Part shown: positions 45,385 to 54,685 of the stretch, piece by piece
Layout of the letters: the number at the start of each line of letters is the position of its first letter
How positions within the stretch are numbered: position 1 is the stretch's first letter
Assembly (NCBI GenBank): GCA_018970765.1
Contig: JAGWVT010000006.1
Location: 1,933-65,932 of the forward strand
Source: Actinomycetales bacterium
GTDB lineage: Bacteria > Actinomycetota > Actinomycetes > S36-B12
Direction of reading: 5' to 3'
Length of the DNA: 64,000 bases
The notes under the pieces: model-generated
Database searches by the model: none
What the model saw: the letters and a program-made list of their open reading frames with translations, nothing else
What the model was told of the DNA's origin: nothing
Position numbers and translations under genes: made by a program

Positions 45385-45481
45385 GAACGATGAGCCTCAG
45401 CATGCGTGCTCGGAGTCGGGAATGCGAACCACTATCCACAGGGGGTGAGCGGCGGGCGGCACTCTTTGGCACGATCAGTCC

Positions 45482-45727
45482 GTGGACGCACGTTTCCTGA
45501 CTCTTGCCGATGTCGCAGAGACGTTGAATATCTCCGCCGCGCAGGCCTACGCCCTAGTTCGCACCGGTGACTTACCGGCCATCAAGGTCGGTGGCCGCGG
45601 TCAGTGGCGAGTGGAGTCAACCGCGCTTGAACGTTACATCGAACGCATGTACCAGCAGACGCGTGACTTCGTGGCGACCCATCCCTTCGGCGGCGATGCG
45701 CAGATCGAGGATGAGGAGATTCTGTAG
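45482..45727 (+). CDS. excisionase-type (MerR-like) helix-turn-helix DNA-binding protein
   Basis: FLTLADVAETLNISAAQAYALVRTGDLPAIKVGGRGQWRV. Confidence 0.8.
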   Translation: MDARFLTLADVAETLNISAAQAYALVRTGDLPAIKVGGRGQWRVESTALERYIERMYQQTRDFVATHPFGGDAQIEDEEIL

Positions 45728-45760
45728 CTCGAGAGTTCAGCAGATGAGCAGGTCAACAAG

Positions 45761-46360
45761 TCAACAGATAAGTACCGCGGAAAGCGACACGAAGGGCACG
45801 GTGGTGGTGACTTGCGACCGCGGGGCCGTAACGTCACAGTGATCGGCGCCTACCTGATGCAACTGTCCCACCGTGACGGATCCATCCCGACAGTGCACCC
45901 GGACCGGCCAGCCAAGGTAGTGACGCAGCATCTGACCAAGTGACCAGGTCACCGATGGGCGAACCGCCTCTTGAGCCAAGCGCGTCGGCAAACCTTCGGC
46001 GAGCAGCACAGCAGTCGAAGGAAGGATCGCCCAGCGACTATCAGGCCGCGGGGACGAGCCCTCGAGTCGAAGCGTGATGGCATCGGGTCCAATGAGTTCC
46101 ACGCGACCGCGCAGGGTCAGGTCGCCCCACACCAGCAGTTGCACCACAGGAACGTCGGCAAGCCGTTCCACCCATGACAGGCGCGACTGCTCTGCCGCCA
46201 CGAGGGCACCGACCTCGTCGAGCAGATCGGCGGCCTCCTCGGTTTGCACCAGCGCCGCTGCCTCCGTGAGCAACTGCGTTGCGACCGAATCTTCGTCTGC
46301 ACCCCACGGCATGGTTTCACTGCTACTGAAACTCTGCTTATTGACGCTCTGGCTATCCAC
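45761..46360 (-). CDS. hypothetical protein
   Basis: 199-aa ORF with coding-like composition and no recognised motif. An alternative ATG lies at 46312. Confidence 0.45.
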   Translation of the reverse strand: MDSQSVNKQSFSSSETMPWGADEDSVATQLLTEAAALVQTEEAADLLDEVGALVAAEQSRLSWVERLADVPVVQLLVWGDLTLRGRVELIGPDAITLRLEGSSPRPDSRWAILPSTAVLLAEGLPTRLAQEAVRPSVTWSLGQMLRHYLGWPVRVHCRDGSVTVGQLHQVGADHCDVTAPRSQVTTTVPFVSLSAVLIC

Positions 46361-46534
46361 GCCTCACCGCCCGAAATTCATGCCGGGTTTGCTGACTCAA
46401 CCGACCTTGAGCGTGGCATATCTATGACGGGATCGGCAGTCCTGCCGGGAGTTATCCACAGGCAGGGGTCCGGAGGGGATGTATTTCCGCGGTATCAGCA
46501 CGACAACGTCAGGGATCTTCCACAGGTACTTGAC

Positions 46535-46571
46535 GGCAAACAGAGGCAAACATCACTATACGGAGGCAAAC
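46535..46571 (+). promoter_or_regulatory. three helically phased GGCAAAC direct repeats
   Basis: GGCAAAC at 46535, 46545 and 46565 (offsets 10 and 20 bp). The first copy overlaps a TTGACG hexamer at 46530-46535. Confidence 0.4.
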
Positions 46572-46677
46572 GTCATCATGCGCTCGAGGTCGACCGAGGC
46601 TTGCCCTGGCAGTGCAATCTCGGTCCTGCTCCGGCCATGGCCGACGCCAGTCCCGCGAACAACCGCGAAGGAGCACC

Positions 46678-47244
46678 ATGTCGATCGAACTCCATTCCCT
46701 CCCCAACCCCGCACAACGGCATGAGCCCGCGCACGCGCAACCGAGCCTGCGCGCGCTGCCTGGCGGTGGGCAGCAGCGACTTCCCCTGCACTGGGAAATA
46801 GCCCCCGGCGTTTCGGCGGTGCCTGAGCTGCCCAGACACCTGCGCGTGGTGGGCTCAACGGCCTTGGTTGAGCCCGCAGTCGCTGAAGAACCTGCGCCAC
46901 CGCCGGCAGGGTTGATAGCGCGTCTGGCCCGCGCGGTTGCCGAGGTTGGCACGGGTGTGCGGCCCGCTACCCAACTGACGAATTGGGTTCGCCGAGATGC
47001 CCTGGCACTTCTCGAAGCACGCGGCCGTGCGTTTCAGCGGCACCCCAGTGCACGGGCGGCGGCTGCACGGGCTGCCAATACTCGGTCGTTGGCCCAGGTC
47101 CGTGCCATTCGCATCTGCCCTGTTGCACCAGGTGCCGTTGAGACCTCTGCCGTACTGGTCGGCACGAACCGATCCCGAGCGGTGGCCATGCGCCTTGAGT
47201 CGCAGGGAGATCGCTGGCAGGTGGTGGCAATAAGTCTGGGCTAG
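46678..47244 (+). CDS. Rv3235 family protein
   Basis: ATG at 46678 preceded by GAAGGAG. LARAVAEVGTGVRPATQLTNWV ... AVAMRLESQGDRWQVVAISLG fits the family pattern. It is adjacent to secA, as in mycobacteria. Confidence 0.7.
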   Translation: MSIELHSLPNPAQRHEPAHAQPSLRALPGGGQQRLPLHWEIAPGVSAVPELPRHLRVVGSTALVEPAVAEEPAPPPAGLIARLARAVAEVGTGVRPATQLTNWVRRDALALLEARGRAFQRHPSARAAAARAANTRSLAQVRAIRICPVAPGAVETSAVLVGTNRSRAVAMRLESQGDRWQVVAISLG

Positions 47245-47256
47245 ACGCAGTTTGGG

Positions 47257-48456
47257 CTAGGCGTCGTCAACCTGAGTTCTCAGTTGGAACATGCGAAGCA
47301 CCGGCGCGGCAGCGGCGTAGGCACCGTAGGCGGAACTCGTATCGTCAAATCCGAGGAGGATGCTCTGCATGGCCGTCAAGGGCTTGCCATCCTTGCCGAG
47401 GATCGGCTGTCCGTTGCTCGCCAAGGGGATCTGGTCATAGTTGCTGGCCGCACGAATGACGACCATGGGGATTCTGGTGCCGTACCTCGCATCCCAGCGG
47501 GTCACAGCACTCATCCACGGCACCGCCTCCATGGCTGAGAAGGCGATGATCCCGTCTGCTCTCGCCTTTCGATTGATGCCCGAAGCCCGCATGAGCGCGC
47601 TCATGTACTCGCGAGCGAGGCGATCCTCGGTGGCCCCGTGCCAGAAGTTGTCACCAGACACCTCGCCGCCACAGACGCGGTATGAGTGATACACAGGTGC
47701 CCGCCATGTCTTCTTATCGGGGTGGAATCGGGCGATCGTTGCGGCGACGCTCGCCGGACGCTTTGGTAGCCGAACGCCCTGCGCGGCTGCTAGGACCTCA
47801 TTAGCCAGCGCCGGATCTGTCACGACGGACTGCTGCACATTGTCAAAACCAGGAGCCACCTCCTTGCCTTGTGCATCCATCATCTGCCACCAGCCACCTG
47901 ACGGGCCGTAGATATTGGTGGGTGGAGTCCGACGCCCAGCCCAGTCATTGACATTCGAGAAGTGCAAATCCCAAGACCACGATGCGGATCCCACGCACAC
48001 GTCGCCGATCATCACCGCGGGGTTACCCAGCGGCAGTCCCGCGTCGTCATACATGCCACCAACGGCGGGAGTCGCTCCCCCGATCCCCGACCAGATCACC
48101 TCCTTGATATTCGGTGAGTACCAGCCGAGCATCTCCTGCATACATGGTCCTGAGTTGCCACCGCCGGTACCAGTAACGATGACGGTAACCGGTTGACCGG
48201 ACAGATCACCTTCGACAACTGCCTGGCAAAAAGCCGACTCAGCCGTCCGATCAACCTTCTTGGCCAACACCGTGAGAAATGGGAGGGACTCTCCATAGGT
48301 GCCAGCAGCATCCCCGAAGGCATTCAGGATGAGGGAACGCTGCACCTGCGGTTGTGCCTCGGCATCATCAAACCCGCCGTCAGTTGCCATAGCGCTCGGG
48401 GCCAGTGTGAGGGTCACGAAGGCGATCCACGCCGTCAGCCACACCCGTACTTTCAT
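47257..48456 (-). CDS. secreted phosphorylase-superfamily (purine nucleoside permease-like) protein
   Basis: Signal peptide MKVRVWLTAWIAFVTLTLAPSAMA. Motifs VIWSGIGGATP, GDNFWHG and FSAMEAV recall the PNP_UDP / NUP fold. Assignment tentative. Confidence 0.45.
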   Translation of the reverse strand: MKVRVWLTAWIAFVTLTLAPSAMATDGGFDDAEAQPQVQRSLILNAFGDAAGTYGESLPFLTVLAKKVDRTAESAFCQAVVEGDLSGQPVTVIVTGTGGGNSGPCMQEMLGWYSPNIKEVIWSGIGGATPAVGGMYDDAGLPLGNPAVMIGDVCVGSASWSWDLHFSNVNDWAGRRTPPTNIYGPSGGWWQMMDAQGKEVAPGFDNVQQSVVTDPALANEVLAAAQGVRLPKRPASVAATIARFHPDKKTWRAPVYHSYRVCGGEVSGDNFWHGATEDRLAREYMSALMRASGINRKARADGIIAFSAMEAVPWMSAVTRWDARYGTRIPMVVIRAASNYDQIPLASNGQPILGKDGKPLTAMQSILLGFDDTSSAYGAYAAAAPVLRMFQLRTQVDDA

Positions 48457-48546
48457 TACCGCCCCTTCGACGTGGTGATCACCGCATCACCATGGCGCAA
48501 AGAGCCTCGAAAAGTCAAAGAAGTCCGCGCGGGCAGGTACTCGGTC

Positions 48547-51327
48547 CTAGTTGCGTTTGCGTTGGGCACGCTGAGCGCGGCGACGTTGCGCCCTACTGGC
48601 ATTGGGGTCCTCGTTTACGCCAGCGTCTTCAGTTTGCATCTGCCCACGGACCACGGTTCCGGTCTCTCCGGGTGCTGAGTAGGCCAATTGCGTTGGGCGC
48701 TGTGGAGCAAGGCCAGGAGCGGTGATCTGCTGGCGATGGGCAGCCACCAGCGCCGGCAGATCCTCCTCAGGTTCAGTTTCAACGGCTATCTCACTGTCCA
48801 CGACATCCACTGAATCCCCGGAGGCGTCCTGCGCGACCTGCACTTCAACGTGGAACAAGTACCCCACGGTTTCTTCCTTGATGCCGTCCATCATGGCGGT
48901 GAACAGGTCAAAGCCCTCGCGCTGGTACTCGACCAATGGATCGCGCTGCGCCATGGCGCGCAATCCGATGCCGTCGCGCAAGTAGTCCATCTCATAGAGG
49001 TGCTCACGCCACTTGCGATCCAGGACCGACAAAATGACGCGTCGCTCAAGTTCCCGCATGACTTCGGAGCCCAGGGCAGCTTCGCGACGGTCGTAGGCAT
49101 CCTGCGCATCACGCTTCATTTCGGAGGCCAGGAATTCCGAACTCAGACCGCCGCGACCGCCTCCGGACAGTTCCTCGAGTTCCTCGACCGTTGCGCTCAC
49201 CGGATACAGCTGGCGCAGGGCCGTCCACAACTGGTCAAGATCCCAGTCCTCCGGATAGCCATTCGCCGTTGCACTCATCACGTAGCCCTCGACGGTGTCG
49301 TCGATGAACCCGCGTACCTGCTCCTGAATGTCTTCGCCCTCGAGGATGCGCCTGCGCTCGTCGTAGATGACCAGGCGCTGACGATTGAGGACATCGTCGT
49401 ACTTCAACACGTCCTTGCGGATTTCGAAGTTCTGCGCTTCAACCTGCGACTGAGCGCTCTTGATGGCATTGGTCACCATCTTGGCGTCGATCGGCACGTC
49501 GTCAGGAACATTGAATCGTCGCAGGAACGCATCCACCATGTCCGCCTTGAACAGGCGCATGAGGTCGTCCTCTAAGGACAAATAGAACTGCGATTCACCC
49601 GGATCACCCTGACGGCCGGATCGACCGCGCAACTGGTTGTCGATGCGTCGGGATTCGTGGCGCTCAGTGCCCAGCACATAAAGGCCTCCTAGCGCAACCA
49701 CCTCATCGTGCTCAGCGGCCACGGCTGCCTGCGCTTTGGCGACTGCCTCCGGCCACGCCGCTTCATACGCTTCGGGGTCGTCGATCGGTGAGAGTCCACG
49801 GCGGTGGAGCTCGTCGGTGGCCATGTACTCCGGGTTGCCACCCAGCATGATGTCCGTACCACGACCTGCCATGTTGGTGGCGACCGTTACCGCGCCCTTG
49901 TGACCAGCGCGAGCCACGATGGAGGCTTCGCGGTCATGGTGCTTGGCGTTCAACACCTCATGGGGAACGCCATTGCGCTTGAGGAGACCAGACAGAGTTT
50001 CTGACTTCTCTACGCTGGTGGTACCGACTAGCACGGGTTGACCCTTGGCATGCCGCGCGACGATGTCTTCCACGACGGCGTCGAGTTTCGCCTGCCCCGT
50101 TCGGTAAATCAGATCGGGCTCGTCCAAGCGCACCATGGGTCGGTTTGTCGGAATTGGCACCACGCCGAGGCGATAGATCTGGGAGAACTCGTTGGCCTCG
50201 GTCATCGCCGTACCCGTCATGCCCGACAGGCGGCTGTACAGGCGGAAGAAATTCTGCAGGGTGATGGTCGCCAGCGTCTGGTTCTCGGCCTTGATCTCTA
50301 CGCCCTCTTTGGCCTCAATGGATTGGTGCAGACCTTCGTTGTAACGGCGTCCGTGCAAGATGCGACCGGTGTGCTCGTCGACAATGAGGATTTCGCCGTC
50401 CATGATCACGTAATCACGATCGCGCCTAAACAATTCCTTTGCGCGAATGGCGTTGTTCAGAAAACCCACCAGCGGGGTATTGACGGTGTCGTAGAGATTG
50501 TCGATGCCGAGTTCATCCTCAACCTTCTCAATTGCCGATTCCAGCACGCCGACCGTCTTCTTCTTCTCGTCGACTTCGTAGTCCGTGTCACGCGACAGTC
50601 CACGGGCCAGCCGTGCGAATTCGGCATACCAATGGGTGGCTTGATCTGCTGGGCCACTGATGATGAGCGGTGTCCGAGCCTCATCGATCAGAATCGAGTC
50701 CACCTCGTCGACAATTGCGAAGTTGTGCCCCCGCTGCACCATTTCCTCTCGCGACCATGCCATGTTGTCGCGCAGGTAGTCGAACCCGAATTCATTGTTG
50801 GTGCCGTAGGTGATATCAGCCGCATAGGCAGCACGCCGCTGCTCAGGGGTCATGTTCGCGAGGATGACACCGACTTCAAGGCCAAGGAAGCGATGAACGC
50901 GGCCCATCCATTCAGCGTCGCGCTCGGCGAGGTAGTCGTTCACCGTGACAACGTGAACTCCCTTACCGGAGATTGCATTGAGGTACGCGGGCAACGTGGA
51001 GACCAGCGTCTTGCCCTCACCGGTACGCATTTCCGCGATATTGCCTAGGTGCAGGGCCGCCCCGCCCATCAGCTGCACGTCGTAATGGCGTTGCCCAAGT
51101 GTGCGTCGAGCAGCCTCGCGTACGGTGGCGAAGGCCTCCGGCAAAAGATCGTCGAGGCTCTCGCCCCCCTGGTACCGCTGTCGATATTCGTCGGTGAGTG
51201 CCCGGAGTTCGGCATCGGTCAACGCCACGTACTCGTCTTCGATCTCATTGACCGCTCTGGCAATGGCCTCCAGACGCCGGACGATGCGACCCTCACCAGC
51301 ACGCAGAATCTTGTCGAGAACTCCCAC
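48547..51327 (-). CDS. secA: preprotein translocase ATPase SecA
   Basis: [38 protein letters not shown] and [10 protein letters not shown]. 926 aa. Confidence 0.95.
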   Translation of the reverse strand: MGVLDKILRAGEGRIVRRLEAIARAVNEIEDEYVALTDAELRALTDEYRQRYQGGESLDDLLPEAFATVREAARRTLGQRHYDVQLMGGAALHLGNIAEMRTGEGKTLVSTLPAYLNAISGKGVHVVTVNDYLAERDAEWMGRVHRFLGLEVGVILANMTPEQRRAAYAADITYGTNNEFGFDYLRDNMAWSREEMVQRGHNFAIVDEVDSILIDEARTPLIISGPADQATHWYAEFARLARGLSRDTDYEVDEKKKTVGVLESAIEKVEDELGIDNLYDTVNTPLVGFLNNAIRAKELFRRDRDYVIMDGEILIVDEHTGRILHGRRYNEGLHQSIEAKEGVEIKAENQTLATITLQNFFRLYSRLSGMTGTAMTEANEFSQIYRLGVVPIPTNRPMVRLDEPDLIYRTGQAKLDAVVEDIVARHAKGQPVLVGTTSVEKSETLSGLLKRNGVPHEVLNAKHHDREASIVARAGHKGAVTVATNMAGRGTDIMLGGNPEYMATDELHRRGLSPIDDPEAYEAAWPEAVAKAQAAVAAEHDEVVALGGLYVLGTERHESRRIDNQLRGRSGRQGDPGESQFYLSLEDDLMRLFKADMVDAFLRRFNVPDDVPIDAKMVTNAIKSAQSQVEAQNFEIRKDVLKYDDVLNRQRLVIYDERRRILEGEDIQEQVRGFIDDTVEGYVMSATANGYPEDWDLDQLWTALRQLYPVSATVEELEELSGGGRGGLSSEFLASEMKRDAQDAYDRREAALGSEVMRELERRVILSVLDRKWREHLYEMDYLRDGIGLRAMAQRDPLVEYQREGFDLFTAMMDGIKEETVGYLFHVEVQVAQDASGDSVDVVDSEIAVETEPEEDLPALVAAHRQQITAPGLAPQRPTQLAYSAPGETGTVVRGQMQTEDAGVNEDPNASRAQRRRAQRAQRKRN

Positions 51328-51410
51328 CGAAAACCCTTCGTCGTGGCAACAGCACCGCTACTCGTTCCTTCTGCATCGTAGACGGCAGCAGCCACGAGTA
51401 GGATCCCGGT

Positions 51411-52208
51411 GTGGCGGGCCGCGCTATGCAGGCCGGGGTTTCCACGTTGATTCCCACCCTCACGGACGGCATGGTGGTCTTACGTCCGTTGACCCAGGAC
51501 GATGTGCCCGACATCACGCAAGGCTGCCAAGACGAGGTAATTGCCCGCTGGACCACTGTGCCGCAGCCCTACCTTGCCGAGCACGCGCAGGCTTTTGTCA
51601 CCGAGCACGGCCCCGGCCCGAACTGGTGGCAGACCCCTACCTGGGCTATCACAGTGGGTGGCGGCCGCTGGTGCGGGACCATCGACCTGCGCATGGACGG
51701 GCAGGGCGGTGCCGAGGTGGGCTTCATGGTTGCGCCAGGTTCACGAAACCGCGGTCTGGCAACACGCTCGCTGCGGCTTACCTGTCGCTGGGGCTTCGCC
51801 GCGCAAGACCTGCAGGTGATCCGCTGGTGGGCGAGGGTTGGCAATGACGCATCGCGATCAGTGGCCAGGAATGTGGGCTTCCACGTCCACGACGAGATTC
51901 TGCGTCGCGCGCTGGTGCACCGTGGCGAACGGGTCGATGCCTGGTACGGGGACATGCTCCCAGTTGACGCCGCGGACACCCCTCGTCGGCCAACCTGGCA
52001 GCAGCAGGATCTGACCGCTCGGGAGCGTGAGGTGCTCAATCACCTGGCAACCGGGCGCACGAATCGCGAAATTGCTATTGAACTCGGCATCACGGAGAAC
52101 ACCGTCAAAAACCACGTGCGGTCAATCCTGGAAAAACTCCCCGCACGCTCACGCATTGAGGCTGTCGTCATCGGAGTTCAGCAGGGTCTGACCCACCTGC
52201 CCAATTGA
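51411..52208 (+). CDS. GNAT (RimJ/RimL-like) N-acetyltransferase fused to a LuxR-type HTH
   Basis: N-terminal LRPLTQDDVPDI...GFMVAPGSRNRGLATRSL...NDASRSVARNVGF. C-terminal LTAREREVLNHLATGRTNREIAIELGITENTVKNHVRSILEKL. The start could be the GTG at 51411 or the ATG at 51426. Confidence 0.75.
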   Translation: MAGRAMQAGVSTLIPTLTDGMVVLRPLTQDDVPDITQGCQDEVIARWTTVPQPYLAEHAQAFVTEHGPGPNWWQTPTWAITVGGGRWCGTIDLRMDGQGGAEVGFMVAPGSRNRGLATRSLRLTCRWGFAAQDLQVIRWWARVGNDASRSVARNVGFHVHDEILRRALVHRGERVDAWYGDMLPVDAADTPRRPTWQQQDLTAREREVLNHLATGRTNREIAIELGITENTVKNHVRSILEKLPARSRIEAVVIGVQQGLTHLPN

Positions 52209-52286
52209 CTGACTGCTGGCCGGAGTTCACCGCATCACGGATGCATCCACAGGTCGCTGTATGCAGTTGCACACTAGGGTCGAGTC

Positions 52287-52970
52287 TTGGACGGTTCGAG
52301 AGTGACGCTGCGCGCCGAGTTGGCAGACCTTGTTTTGGGACGCGCCTGCGCGGGCTGTGATCGGGGTGGTGCCCTGCTCTGCGGCCCATGTTGGACTGCG
52401 TTGCTCACCAGCGGTCCCTATGCCCCGCGGATATCAGGACTGCAGGTTGTGTCAGCATGGCCGTATCTGGGTCGCGGCCGTCGGGTTCTCTTGGCCTTTA
52501 AGGAGCGCGGGACCCGCGATCTCATCAATCCTCTAGCTATTGCGCTCGCACGTTGCATGGCAGTGGTCAGTGATCACCCGCTCATCGTGATCCCAATGCC
52601 CCCACGCAAACAGTCCATCGCCGAGCGCGGGATAGACGTGGTCGGTGCCATCGCGGTTCGGGCATGTCAGATGCTGGACAGGGCCGGTCAACCTGCGCGA
52701 CCAGTTGCGGCCCTCGAACGTGTGGGCCAAGCACCGCGACAGGTGGGCCGGGGGCGGCAGGAGCGGCTAAACCTCTCGTCGACCGAATTCCGCTTCCGTA
52801 CTGACTGCGACAACTTCAGCGCCCCCGTGGTGCTGGTCGACGATGTGGTGACCACAGGCGCAACGTTGCGAGCCGCAACGGCGTGCCTGCGCGCCGCCGG
52901 TGTGGTGCCCGTTGGCCAGATCACCATCGCCGCGACCGGGACCGACGAGCGGCCGCGTCAGCCCGGATAG
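52287..52970 (+). CDS. ComF family phosphoribosyltransferase-like protein
   Basis: N-terminal CAGC...CGPC zinc finger and the PRTase motif VVLVDDVVTTGATL. The start is a TTG at 52287 or a GTG at 52302. Confidence 0.75.
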   Translation: MDGSRVTLRAELADLVLGRACAGCDRGGALLCGPCWTALLTSGPYAPRISGLQVVSAWPYLGRGRRVLLAFKERGTRDLINPLAIALARCMAVVSDHPLIVIPMPPRKQSIAERGIDVVGAIAVRACQMLDRAGQPARPVAALERVGQAPRQVGRGRQERLNLSSTEFRFRTDCDNFSAPVVLVDDVVTTGATLRAATACLRAAGVVPVGQITIAATGTDERPRQPG

Positions 52971-54685
52971 GCGGGAGCCGTGCCGTTGCCGACCGTTGCC
53001 CACCCGGCAGCGCGGTATCCGTAGACATATCCATCACCTGCACCGACGAGGATCGGATGCCCTGGTGCTGCGGCCACCGTCACTGCCGCAGCCGGACCGC
53101 CACGATCCGAAGCCATGCCACGCGTCAGATCAACGCTCCAGACCGAGATCGGCTCGACGCCCGGACTGCCCAGCACTGCTAGATCCCCGGCTCCCGACCA
53201 GGAGGCGTCCACGACCTGCGCCAGTACGCCCTCCACCCGACGTGGTCCAGTGATGGATGGAGTGCCGTCTGATCGACTGACAACAATGCGCGCTAGTAAT
53301 ACCGAACTGCCACTGTCTTCCTGGATGACCAGGGCACAGCGCGTTCCATCTCGACTGGGGATGGCTGCCCGCAGCAGCGCTCCGCGCGGCAGGCCCTCGA
53401 CTGACAACGACCGCAGGCGACCATCATCCGTCACTTCAATCAACCCATCACGCGCGTCCATCGCCCACACGGTTCCCTGTGGTCCAAAAGCGATGCTCGA
53501 CAGCGGTCGACCGGCAAGCACCTCGCGAACAGGCAGGTCCGAACCCAGTGGCCCCACCCAGAGAGTCCCCTGCGCATCGAGTCCGGCAACTCGTCGCGAA
53601 TTTCGCGCCACGGCAAGCTCCACCAGCGTCGTCTCACCAGATCCGGCGACACCGGGAATCGCGCGTTGCCCCTGCTCAGTAAGTCGAACGATGGTGCGGT
53701 TTCGTGTCAGGTATCCAAAACTCGGTTCAGGCATGGCGGCCGGGTCAACGCTGGGCCATGCATCACGTGGCTGAGGGTTGGCTACACCCGGCACGGTGAG
53801 CGGCTGACCGTTGACCGCGATGGCCACCGCGGTGACACCTGGAACCTGCCTCAGCGTCCAGACGAGTTGCTGGGAGATTGCCCGGCGAGTGTCGTCATCG
53901 GTCAGTGCCGCCCCAGCCGAAAGGTCAACCCGCGCTACACCCGCTTCGACCGGGACCGACTCGAGGTTCAGCTCCACGCCGGAGGGAAAACCAGTGCGCA
54001 CGGCGGGGCCGAGCCACGTGGATGGACCACCAAGGAGGTAGCGCACGAGGGTCGTCGGCTGCCCGGTGCCGACGACCGGGATCAGGCGACCATCTGGGAC
54101 AAGGGTGCTGAACTCAGGATTGAAGAAATAGACATTGAGCGCTCGAAACGAACGATCGACGTCCGAGGATGAGAGCACTAGCCCAGCTGGCAGCCGAGCT
54201 ATCCGCCACTGTCCACCTTGGAGTTCCATCGTGAAGTTCAGATCAAGAACGGTTCCAGGATTTGCTACCGAGTAGGTGCCGTCCCCGGCTATTCGGCCTG
54301 CCTGCGGTGCATTGAGCCTGACCGAGGTCCCCGCCTCGGTCAGAAGCGGCAACTGGTCGTACACCTGGACTCCCGACCCTGGATCCCAGGTGGTCTTTGC
54401 GCGATCGGTGAGGTATTCACGGGCTACTGCATGGTCTGCGTCGAAAGAAGCCGAGGCGTCCAGAAAACCCTGCACAATCTGAGTCGGTGTCATCCCGGGC
54501 CGGGGCGCACGAGCCAGCACACGAATGAACTGATTGGCCGGGGTCAGATCCAGGGGTGCGCCCTGTTCGATCGGTCCCGATTGCGGTACCTGCGCGAGGA
54601 ATGAGCTTGGCACGATGCCACATCCCGTCAGCAATCCAGCTGCTAGCAACGCGCAGAGTGCGCTGCAAAATTTGCGTGGGGTCAC
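52958..54685 (-). CDS. lpqB: lipoprotein LpqB
   Basis: Lipobox LLTGCG. 575 aa. Its start overlaps the mtrB stop, and it is the third gene of mtrA-mtrB-lpqB. Confidence 0.85.
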   Translation of the reverse strand: MTPRKFCSALCALLAAGLLTGCGIVPSSFLAQVPQSGPIEQGAPLDLTPANQFIRVLARAPRPGMTPTQIVQGFLDASASFDADHAVAREYLTDRAKTTWDPGSGVQVYDQLPLLTEAGTSVRLNAPQAGRIAGDGTYSVANPGTVLDLNFTMELQGGQWRIARLPAGLVLSSSDVDRSFRALNVYFFNPEFSTLVPDGRLIPVVGTGQPTTLVRYLLGGPSTWLGPAVRTGFPSGVELNLESVPVEAGVARVDLSAGAALTDDDTRRAISQQLVWTLRQVPGVTAVAIAVNGQPLTVPGVANPQPRDAWPSVDPAAMPEPSFGYLTRNRTIVRLTEQGQRAIPGVAGSGETTLVELAVARNSRRVAGLDAQGTLWVGPLGSDLPVREVLAGRPLSSIAFGPQGTVWAMDARDGLIEVTDDGRLRSLSVEGLPRGALLRAAIPSRDGTRCALVIQEDSGSSVLLARIVVSRSDGTPSITGPRRVEGVLAQVVDASWSGAGDLAVLGSPGVEPISVWSVDLTRGMASDRGGPAAAVTVAAAPGHPILVGAGDGYVYGYRAAGWATVGNGTAPAYPG

